In this document: positions 17,615 to 23,848 of the stretch, piece after piece | How positions within the stretch are numbered: the first letter of the stretch is position 1 | Layout of the letters: each line of letters opens with the position of its first letter | DNA from: a virus | Virus record (IMG/VR): IMGVR_UViG_3300045988_123843 | Span: 5,414 to 37,413 of that record | DNA: 32,000 nt | Strand: one strand, 5' to 3' | Position numbers and translations under genes: made by a program | The notes under the pieces: generated by a model | What the model was told of the DNA's origin: nothing | Seen by the model: only the letters and a program-made list of their open reading frames with translations | The model's database searches: none

Positions 17615-18088
17615 ATGCATAAAGCAATGGAAGTTAATGAGAAGATAATGCATGAGTCAGTAAACATGTTAGAGAAATATGGATATGCAGAATCTTATTT
17701 CCATGCATTATCTCAAGCTTTAGATAATATCAAAGACATTGAAACTATAGAAGCAATGAGAAATAAATATCAAATTGAGATAGGAAAAGATGGAGTTTCA
17801 ACTGTTGCAAGATTAAAAGAAGATAATGATGGATATAATATTCATGATCCAGAAACAGAAGATATTGTTTATAAGCTTGCAGAACATTTGAAAAAATATA
17901 AAGCGTTCAAAGAAGAATATACGCGTACAAAAGGTGATATAGATTTAGAAAAGTCTCATCGTGAATTAGATAAGACTATGAAATGTATGCAACAAATCGT
18001 AACTATGATTCATGGATGCGTTGATTCAGATGAAGAAAAAACAATGATTAAGACACATATACGAGACATGTTTAATATGTATCAATAA
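17615..18088 (+). CDS. Hypothetical helical protein
   Basis: ATG 17615 lies 6 nt after AGGTGA and is preferred over the GTG at 17606 that abuts the upstream TAG. 157 aa. Confidence 0.45.
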   Translation: MHKAMEVNEKIMHESVNMLEKYGYAESYFHALSQALDNIKDIETIEAMRNKYQIEIGKDGVSTVARLKEDNDGYNIHDPETEDIVYKLAEHLKKYKAFKEEYTRTKGDIDLEKSHRELDKTMKCMQQIVTMIHGCVDSDEEKTMIKTHIRDMFNMYQ

Positions 18089-18115
18089 GGCCGTTAAATA
18101 CGGTCTTTTATTTTG
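18087..18115 (+). terminator. Intrinsic terminator
   Basis: AAGGCCGT / ACGGTCTT stem with loop TAAAT, followed by a T-run. Confidence 0.6.
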
Positions 18116-18167
18116 TACAGTGTACAAACGATTTAAATACTATTATTAGGATAGGAGGTATTTGTAA

Positions 18168-18389
18168 ATGAAAAAATATAGTAAAGAATGGTGGATTCAA
18201 TATGGCTATTATGCAAGTATCAGAGCATTAAAGACAATTGCTCAAACTGCTGTTGGTGTTATTGGAGCATCTGCATTATTGGAAGCCGTTGATTGGCGAG
18301 TAGTAATTTCGTCAGCGGTTTTGTCAGGCATCGTCTCGTTGCTGACTAGTATTGGCGGATTACCTGAAATTAGTGTACCGGAGGAATAA
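18168..18389 (+). CDS. Holin (phi LC3 / Phage_holin_1-like)
   Basis: 73 aa. ALKTIAQTAVGVIGASALLEAVDWRVVISSAVLSGIVSLLTSIGGLPE matches the phiLC3 holin pattern. It lies directly upstream of the endolysin. Confidence 0.7.
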   Translation: MKKYSKEWWIQYGYYASIRALKTIAQTAVGVIGASALLEAVDWRVVISSAVLSGIVSLLTSIGGLPEISVPEE

Positions 18390-18391
18390 TA

Positions 18392-18505
18392 ATGAATGAT
18401 GAAGAAAAAGTAGTAGATTATGAGAATCTATCAGAAGAAGCAAAAGAAGAATTAAGCAATGGCAAGGAAGAAGGTGTAGATGAAGAATGTCGTATTCCGG
18501 ATTAG
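18392..18505 (+). CDS. Possible 37-aa highly acidic peptide between holin and endolysin
   Basis: GGAGGA lies 8 nt upstream of the ATG. The ORF overlaps the endolysin start by 19 nt. It is below the ORF-track cutoff. Confidence 0.25.
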   Translation: MNDEEKVVDYENLSEEAKEELSNGKEEGVDEECRIPD

Positions 18506-19563
18506 CAACATATTGTAACAGAACATCACAACATTATGATGGCCGTTTTGGATATAAGGTTTGTAAAATCACTCCACACTACATGGCTGCGGCATGGAGT
18601 GGTAAACAATGTGCAGATTATTTTGCACGAAATACTCGTCAAGCATCTTCCAATTATTGTATTGGAATTAATGGAGACATTGCATGCAGTGTTGATGAAG
18701 AAAATGCTGCATGGACAAGTTCAAATTGGTTGAATGATTCTCAATCAATTACAATTGAATGTGGAAACATTAATAACGCAACTGGAGAAATGACGCAAGC
18801 TACTTGGGATAGCTTGGTGAATCTATGTGTTGATATTTGTAAACGATATGGATTTAGATTGAACTATACAGGAAATTCTAGCGGATCATTGACTATGCAC
18901 AAAATGTTTGCGGCTACATCCTGCCCTGGAGCATGGTTGGAAGCACGTATGCCACAATTGGCTAATGAAGTAAATGCAAAGTTAGATGGAAAGGTTGAAA
19001 CACCAAAACCTACAACTCCAAGTGGAGAAAAATATTCAGTTAATTTACCTATCTGTACAAACACATTGAGTGTGAATTGCTACGGAACTTCTACAGTTAA
19101 AAAAGGTGATTGGTCAGGTGTCATTGGTAGAGTAATTAAAGGAACAAAATATCCATATCGTGTTGATCGCAATGGAGTAGCTATTGGATGGACAAATGAC
19201 GCGGGTATTGATACAGACCCCCATACACCAGTAGGCGCTACACAGTCTAGCGCAGAAGCTATCGACCAAATCTTGCATGAAGGAAGCTATGTTACATCTG
19301 TACATATGAAAATTGGCAATCAAGGATTGAAGAAAATTGGCGATGATTTATGTTGCTACTTGTCTAAATTAGGCGGTTGGTTTCCTATTCGTATGGTAGA
19401 CAAAGTACCTAATTCAGACGGATATAATGACAATGTATTGCATACCACAAATGCAGTAGTCTATGTATCTAGAATCAGAGTCGATGCAGTGAATGTTCAA
19501 AAGAATATTGTCAAGATTGGTGGCGTTTGGGTTGACCCAACACCATTAACAGAAATTGAATAA
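18487..19563 (+). CDS. Endolysin: N-acetylmuramoyl-L-alanine amidase (Amidase_2/PGRP) with C-terminal cell-wall-binding region
   Basis: ITPHYMAAAWSGKQCADYF...ASSNYCIGINGDIACSVDEENAAWTSSN...SITIECGN is a typical Amidase_2 core. The C-terminal ~190 aa are SH3-like. Confidence 0.85.
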   Translation: MSYSGLATYCNRTSQHYDGRFGYKVCKITPHYMAAAWSGKQCADYFARNTRQASSNYCIGINGDIACSVDEENAAWTSSNWLNDSQSITIECGNINNATGEMTQATWDSLVNLCVDICKRYGFRLNYTGNSSGSLTMHKMFAATSCPGAWLEARMPQLANEVNAKLDGKVETPKPTTPSGEKYSVNLPICTNTLSVNCYGTSTVKKGDWSGVIGRVIKGTKYPYRVDRNGVAIGWTNDAGIDTDPHTPVGATQSSAEAIDQILHEGSYVTSVHMKIGNQGLKKIGDDLCCYLSKLGGWFPIRMVDKVPNSDGYNDNVLHTTNAVVYVSRIRVDAVNVQKNIVKIGGVWVDPTPLTEIE

Positions 19564-19586
19564 AATAAAAAAATATAAAAAATTGT

Positions 19587-19615
19587 TTGACATAATATGG
19601 TTTATACTGTATTAT
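19587..19615 (+). promoter_or_regulatory. Near-consensus sigma-A promoter
   Basis: TTGACA (19587-19592), 17-nt spacer, TATTAT (19610-19615). Confidence 0.5.
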
Positions 19616-19621
19616 CTTTCT

Positions 19622-19785
19622 TGCGGAAGCAGTGAGGTACATTTTGGGGTACAAAACAACAAAGTGCTATCAAAACACGTAGATAATGATGTAAATAACA
19701 TCAAATATCAATAGATATGAGGTATTTTTATAATCCCCTCATCTGCTCCATTGAAATTTAAGCCTTTATTTAAAGGCTTTTTTAT
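19622..19785 (+). ncRNA. Candidate ~160-nt structured transcript or leader upstream of int
   Basis: It starts after the promoter above. A 12-bp end-closing helix forms between 19625-19637 and 19737-49. It ends in terminator AGCCTTTA-TT-TAAAGGCT plus T-run (19761-19785). No ORF is present. Confidence 0.3.
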
Positions 19786-19790
19786 TTACT

Positions 19791-19810
19791 TTGGGGTATA
19801 TTGGGGTATA
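19791..19810 (+). repeat. Tandem TTGGGGTATA x2 (further copies at 19644-19652 and, inverted, 19833-19840)
   Basis: Exact 10-bp tandem duplication. A related TTGGGGTAC lies inside the leader, and an inverted GGGGTATA lies in the spacer of the int promoter. Confidence 0.7.
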
Positions 19811-19826
19811 ATTTGATATTAAAATA

Positions 19827-19855
19827 TTGAATTATACCCCTTTTTTGCATATTAT
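19827..19855 (+). promoter_or_regulatory. Putative int promoter
   Basis: TTGAAT, 17-nt spacer, TATTAT. RBS AGAGGG precedes ATG 19878. Confidence 0.4.
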
Positions 19856-19877
19856 GGACATATAAGAGGGCACAAAA

Positions 19878-20975
19878 ATGGCAGTGGAATTAGATAAGAA
19901 GACAGGAAAATATATGTTTGCCGGAAAAATATATAAGGATGGTAAATGTATAAAGAGATATCGTAAGCGAGGTTTTGATTCTAAATGGGAAGCACAGAAA
20001 GCTGAGGTTGAATTCAGAAAAGATTTCTTTATGCTTCCATCAGATATGAATTTTGATAGACTATATAAAGCTTTTAAGGAGTACAACAAAAAGTACGTAA
20101 AAGAATCAACACTAAAATCAGATGAATATTTGTACATTGTTCTTTCTAAGGAAATGAAAGATATTGATTTTCTAGATAAAAGACAAATGCAAAACTTGAT
20201 CAACAAATTTGATGATAAATATTCAAAAGCATACGTATCAAGAATATATTTCTTTTTAAATAAGCTATATAAATTTGGTGTTACTTCTGAATACATCCAA
20301 TCAAATCCAATGACATATGTGAAACGTGATCTTAGATTGAATGAAAGAAAAGAAGAAATGACAATATGGCAGCAATATGATTTTGATTTATTTATTGAAG
20401 AAGTAGATGAACAAATGATGAAATGCTTTTATTCTGTTTTATTCTATATGGGATTACGAAAAGGTGAAGCCATGGCCCTACAATGGAAGGACATTGATTT
20501 TAGGAAGCAAACGATAGACATCAACAAAACATATAGATACAAAGAGAAAGACCCTAATAAATGGCTTACACCGCCAAAAACAAACAATAGCTATAGAACT
20601 ATCACAATGCCTAATACATTATCTAAAATGCTTCGAGAATGGTTTTTAGAATGCTCTAAATGGGATGATTTCACAAAAGATAAATTTGTATTTGGATACT
20701 ATAAACCAATATCACCTCAGACGGTACAAAGAAGATTTGATGATGCATACAATAAGGCAAAAGAAAAAGATGATGGATTGCCTAAAATAAGAATTCACGA
20801 TTTTAGACATTCACACGCATCATTTCTAATTAATAACATGGCAGGAGCTGGATTCTCAGATTTTGACATAGCCAAACGCTTAGGAGATACAGTTGAAACA
20901 TTGCATAATACATATGCACACTGGTTTGATACAAAAGATAAGAGTATTGTAGATATGATGAATAAGTTGTTGTAA
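19878..20975 (+). CDS. int: Tyrosine integrase (phage integrase family)
   Basis: 365 aa. The N-terminal arm-binding-like region is KTGKYMFAGKIYKDGKCIKRYRKRGFDSKWEAQKAE. Catalytic residues are seen in GLRKGEAMAL, HDFRHSHASF and TYAHW. Confidence 0.9.
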   Translation: MAVELDKKTGKYMFAGKIYKDGKCIKRYRKRGFDSKWEAQKAEVEFRKDFFMLPSDMNFDRLYKAFKEYNKKYVKESTLKSDEYLYIVLSKEMKDIDFLDKRQMQNLINKFDDKYSKAYVSRIYFFLNKLYKFGVTSEYIQSNPMTYVKRDLRLNERKEEMTIWQQYDFDLFIEEVDEQMMKCFYSVLFYMGLRKGEAMALQWKDIDFRKQTIDINKTYRYKEKDPNKWLTPPKTNNSYRTITMPNTLSKMLREWFLECSKWDDFTKDKFVFGYYKPISPQTVQRRFDDAYNKAKEKDDGLPKIRIHDFRHSHASFLINNMAGAGFSDFDIAKRLGDTVETLHNTYAHWFDTKDKSIVDMMNKLL

Positions 20976-21039
20976 ATGAGATATAAATAATGTTAATATA
21001 AATAGGTCTTAACTAGCACCCATTTATAAGGGAATATGT

Positions 21040-21398
21040 GGTGATTGAGACTTTTACAGATTTGATTCTGTTAAGCTATGATTAAACATTGTGTTCCAGA
21101 ATGCATAGTGTTTATAGCTTCCGTAGGGTTGTATGTGTTTACCTCAAGTTGGATAGGTCTGTTGACTGAAAGAAAACATTCTGATTGTGTATGTGAGGAT
21201 AGAAAGATGGCTATCGCGCACGAAAGTGTCAAGGGTAGGAATGTAAATTCTGATGAGATGTGGGAACTATCGCCCCATCATATACACAAAATGAACCTTG
21301 GTAGCAACATAGTTGTATACCATTGATTAATTTACCTTGGCAACGCAAAAGCGGATGTCACTGAATCGGTCCTTGTCATTTGACAAGGTCTTTTTTTG
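21040..21398 (+). ncRNA. Candidate large structured non-coding element (3' UTR of int / leader of downstream ORF)
   Basis: Visibly GC-enriched relative to its flanks. It shows nested helices, a GAAA tetraloop hairpin, repeated CCTTG/CAAGG segments and a strong terminator (CCTTGTCA/TGACAAGG, then T7 at 21391-21397). The only ORF (21078-21326) looks non-coding. Confidence 0.35.
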
Positions 21399-21427
21399 TT
21401 TATAAACTAAAATAGTTAGAGGTGTGT

Positions 21428-21601
21428 ATGAAGATAATCGATTATGTAATAAAAGGACTTAAAAATATAAACTTGTTTCCAAAGGCTGAGATTAAAATAG
21501 GATCGTTTTATGACGACTATATAGCATTATCTAATGATTGGAATATAGTTGGTGAAGATATTAAACAAGTTATGAATGAATATAAAATGAAAAACAGATA
21601 G
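21428..21601 (+). CDS. Hypothetical 57-aa protein
   Basis: AGAGGTG RBS, then ATG 21428 and TAG 21599-21601. Translation: MKIIDYVIKGLKNINLFPKAEIKIGSFYDDYIALSNDWNIVGEDIKQVMNEYKMKNR. Confidence 0.35.
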   Translation: MKIIDYVIKGLKNINLFPKAEIKIGSFYDDYIALSNDWNIVGEDIKQVMNEYKMKNR

Positions 21602-21632
21602 TGTATGCTGCTCAACACCACTATCTGTTTTT
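21594..21632 (+). terminator. Intrinsic terminator
   Basis: ACAGATAGTG (21594-21603) pairs with CACTATCTGT (21619-21628), followed by TTTTC. Confidence 0.6.
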
Positions 21633-21809
21633 CATTCTCTGCTAATCTTTTCTTGAGGAAATAGAAAAAAGCCTAAAATATTTATCATGTACACATGAAT
21701 AATAACATCACATTTTAAAAAGAGTAATGAAAAATGCAAAATATTAATAAATATTTACAAAGCAAAATAAGTTATTAATAATATAACCAAAAGTACATTA
21801 AAAATTCTA

Positions 21810-21826
21810 CCCCCCCCCGAAAAAAA
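21810..21826. repeat. Homopolymer tract C9 followed by G and A7
   Basis: CCCCCCCCC at 21810-21818, then GAAAAAAA, inside a ~390-bp AT-rich non-coding region. Confidence 0.9.
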
Positions 21827-21903
21827 TCCGAGACTGGTAATGTAATTTATAACCATTTGCACATTTTAGTATTATATTTGTACAATTTAATACTAAACAG
21901 ACA

Positions 21904-21931
21904 TTGACATATAGAATTTAAGACTTATTAT
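21904..21931 (+). promoter_or_regulatory. Near-consensus sigma-A promoter
   Basis: TTGACA (21904-21909), 16-nt spacer, TATTAT (21926-21931). Confidence 0.5.
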
Positions 21932-21993
21932 ATTAGAATAAGGAAAACGTTTTTCTTTTTATTCATAAAAAATGAATGGAAAGGGATGATCTT

Positions 21994-22113
21994 ATGGAAA
22001 GGGATTTATGGATAACGAAATTAATTATCCTAGCAGAAAAACTTAACGTGGATGATCTGCAAATTTTGTATAATCATGCACAAAGACTGCTGTTATCATC
22101 TAAAAATGAATAA
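21994..22113 (+). CDS. Hypothetical 39-aa protein
   Basis: AAGGGA RBS lies 8 nt upstream. Translation: MERDLWITKLIILAEKLNVDDLQILYNHAQRLLLSSKNE. Confidence 0.3.
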   Translation: MERDLWITKLIILAEKLNVDDLQILYNHAQRLLLSSKNE

Positions 22114-22162
22114 CACTAATACCTATAGGTATTTACGCGCAAATTTAAAAGAAGAATACTAA

Positions 22163-22273
22163 ATGGAAGAACAAAAGAGAATCGCAATTGCAGAAAGATT
22201 TGAATGCTATGAAGGCTAAATGAAGCAAGAAGAAATTTGGTCTGATGAAGTAGTTGGCAAAGAAGAAATATAA
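22163..22273 (+). pseudogene. Remnant of the C-terminal part of an AbrB/MazE-type antitoxin gene, with an in-frame TAA
   Basis: The translation ...AERFECYEG*MKQEEIWSDEVVGKEEI* resembles the conserved (E/D)IxWxxPVGKE(x)W tail of MazE/PemI-like antitoxins. The SpoVT/AbrB N-domain is absent, there is an internal stop at 22217-22219, and no toxin gene follows. Confidence 0.35.
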
Positions 22274-22296
22274 GCTAGGGAATTTACCCTAGCTTA
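22271..22296. terminator. Bidirectional hairpin terminator between convergent genes
   Basis: TAAGCTAGGG-AATTTA-CCCTAGCTTA (10-bp stem) with A/T runs on both sides. Confidence 0.6.
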
Positions 22297-22301
22297 TATT
22301 T

Positions 22302-23315
22302 TTAATATCCGTTTTGTGTTACACCATATTCTGCTTGTTCTTGTGTATAACCTTCATAAATCAATTGATCTATTAATCCTTGTCGAGAGAATGACGATAT
22401 GTCTAAATATTCTTTTGCTGATTTAGCGGCCTGCTCGTTCCAGTTTGTGTTGCAGTTATCAGCTGCATAAGTGGCTTCCTCTGTTGAGTAACCTTCATAT
22501 TCTAGTTGATGAATTAATCCTGAATAAGAGAATGCAGAAATATTTAAATATTCTCTTGCAGTTCTTAGTGCATTTTTTTCTCCTGTTGTTGGAGATGGAG
22601 TTGATGCATTTGAATTTGTACTTGGAGTAGTTGTAGTTGGTGAAGAAGATGAATTGTTTGAAGAAGAGTTTGAAGTGGTTGAATTTGTATTGCTTTGTTC
22701 TTCTTCCTCTTTTTTATCGTTAACAACTACATTATCAACAATACTATCAAATTCATTTTCGTAATCGTATTTCAATCCTTCGTTAGGCTGAATTAATATC
22801 ATACTGATAAATGATGTTTTGTTGTTATTTGATAAAAGATATATAAAGCATTTTGACGGTGTGCTTGTATCGTTGTTACTGTCATCATCATTTAACGTCA
22901 AATTTCCTGTTACTTCTGAATAATATACAGTACGACCGGCACTATTTAATGTTTTTATTCCATAACTTGTATCGGTATCCTCCATGAAATCATCTCTGTC
23001 TTTTAAAGCATCCATAAAGGCATCCGCTGCTTCACTATTCAATTCCATATCCATTAAAGTGATGGTTAAAATAGGATATCCTTCATCCGCCCTGAATGAT
23101 AGCCCTTCTTTTGTACTTACGACATTTTGAAAATACTCAGGTAAGTATATAGTAAAATCACCAATTTCAAAAGAATTTGCTTTTAAATCATCTGATTCTC
23201 TGTCGGTGATTTCTTCTGTTTGGTTATCAGCTTTAACTCTTTCTTTGTAGCTTGTACATCCTGTGCACATAGATAGTGCAAGCGTAGCAATCCCAATAGT
23301 TTTGAATAATTTCAT
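22302..23315 (-). CDS. ltp: Ltp-family surface lipoprotein (superinfection-exclusion type) with extra N-terminal domain
   Basis: Signal peptide plus lipobox-like LALSMCTGC and an S/T/N-rich linker. Two C-terminal Ltp repeats are present (NALRTAREYLNISAFSYSGLIHQLEYEGYSTEEATYAADN and AAKSAKEYLDISSFSRQGLIDQLIYEGYTQEQAEYGV). The position between int and cI is the same as in phage TP-J34. Confidence 0.7.
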   Translation of the reverse strand: MKLFKTIGIATLALSMCTGCTSYKERVKADNQTEEITDRESDDLKANSFEIGDFTIYLPEYFQNVVSTKEGLSFRADEGYPILTITLMDMELNSEAADAFMDALKDRDDFMEDTDTSYGIKTLNSAGRTVYYSEVTGNLTLNDDDSNNDTSTPSKCFIYLLSNNNKTSFISMILIQPNEGLKYDYENEFDSIVDNVVVNDKKEEEEQSNTNSTTSNSSSNNSSSSPTTTTPSTNSNASTPSPTTGEKNALRTAREYLNISAFSYSGLIHQLEYEGYSTEEATYAADNCNTNWNEQAAKSAKEYLDISSFSRQGLIDQLIYEGYTQEQAEYGVTQNGY

Positions 23316-23402
23316 TTTTTTAACCCTCTTTTGTTTACGTCAAGTAAACGCTTTCCATTTTCTATATTAATCATACAATAAATCTAACCAAAAAAGAACA
23401 AC

Positions 23403-23813
23403 CTATTTGTTGTTCTTTTCTTTTTCTCTTTTAGCTAATTCTCTATTTACAATTGACCACAAATAATCTGCAACTTGTTGCTTTATATCCGGCGGTGCTT
23501 CAAGGTATCCTCGCACAAGCCATTTATCTTCTGGCTTTAATCCATAATCTTCGATTAGCTGATCTATTTTTGAATCAGGTATAGAAATGAACATATCGTC
23601 TCCAATACCTTCAGTTAACCATACATAGTCAACGTTGAATTCTCGGCATATAGAATTGATGGTTTGGCTTGATGGATTGGTAGTTCCTTTTTCAATGTTA
23701 TTGATTGAACCTTTTGAGATACCTATTTGTTTACCGAATTTTTCCATACTCAAATTAAAATGTTTACGTATTTTATATATTCTCGACCCTATATGTTCTT
23801 CCACGATTTTCAC
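23403..23813 (-). CDS. XRE-family cI-like repressor
   Basis: HTH motif LSMEKFGKQIGISKGSINNIEKGTTNPSSQTINSICREFNV. It is divergent from the early operon. The likely true start is the GTG at 23804, 6 nt after AAGAGGTG. Confidence 0.8.
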   Translation of the reverse strand: MKIVEEHIGSRIYKIRKHFNLSMEKFGKQIGISKGSINNIEKGTTNPSSQTINSICREFNVDYVWLTEGIGDDMFISIPDSKIDQLIEDYGLKPEDKWLVRGYLEAPPDIKQQVADYLWSIVNRELAKREKEKNNK

Positions 23814-23848
23814 CTCTTAACTGCTTACACTGTGATTATACATTAAAA

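Noticed and set aside
17186-18088. The BclA-like ORF and the next ORF are in the same frame, separated only by TAG (17603-17605), suggesting a read-through fusion
   Set aside because: The downstream gene has its own well-spaced RBS (AGGTGA) and ATG at 17615, so two separate genes is the simpler reading. Read-through cannot be excluded if TAG suppression is real.
18503-18733. TAG read-through of the small acidic ORF into the 18536-18733 frame
   Set aside because: That frame overlaps the conserved amidase catalytic domain in an alternative frame and translates to an implausible sequence.
19680-19705. dif-like / Xer-type site (ATAATGATGTAAATAACAT)
   Set aside because: It shows only loose resemblance to the XerD-arm TTATGTAAA. 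The left arm and the 6-bp spacer do not fit the 11-6-11 dif layout.
19717-19750. Possible tRNA 3' half ending in CTCCA (att sites often overlap tRNA genes); a tmRNA or tRNA fragment was also sought in 20976-21400
   Set aside because: There is no T-arm (no GGTTCGAAT-like loop; the 5 nt preceding the would-be acceptor strand cannot pair). The spacing between the paired ends (~100 nt) is too long for a tRNA. No tmRNA, RNase P, SRP or T-box signature sequences were seen.
19832-20296. 154-aa antisense ORF inside int, plus many other - strand or alternative-frame ORFs in the track (e.g. 315-575, 4553-4801, 5428-5700, 14842-15089, 25035-25409, 28474-28806, 29463-29970, 3757-3966, 13199-13396)
   Set aside because: They lie fully within well-supported genes on the opposite strand or in another frame. 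They lack RBSs and have low-complexity, AT-driven compositions (Phe/Ile/Leu/Ser-rich). These are typical spurious ORFs of AT-rich DNA.
21248-21290. CTGATGAG (hammerhead ribozyme core-like) followed by a stem-loop, with CGAAAG about 30 nt upstream
   Set aside because: The stem after CUGAUGA is not followed by the required GAAA. A circularly permuted arrangement fails too, because the segment before CGAAA (GCGCAC) cannot pair with the segment after CUGAUGA (GATGTGGG). No plausible cleavage-site helix was found.
21078-21326. 82-aa ORF on the + strand in the int-downstream region
   Set aside because: It has no RBS and an odd composition (Cys/His/Trp-rich, unlike neighbouring genes). It coincides with extensive RNA-like secondary structure and lies upstream of a terminator, so it is more likely non-coding.
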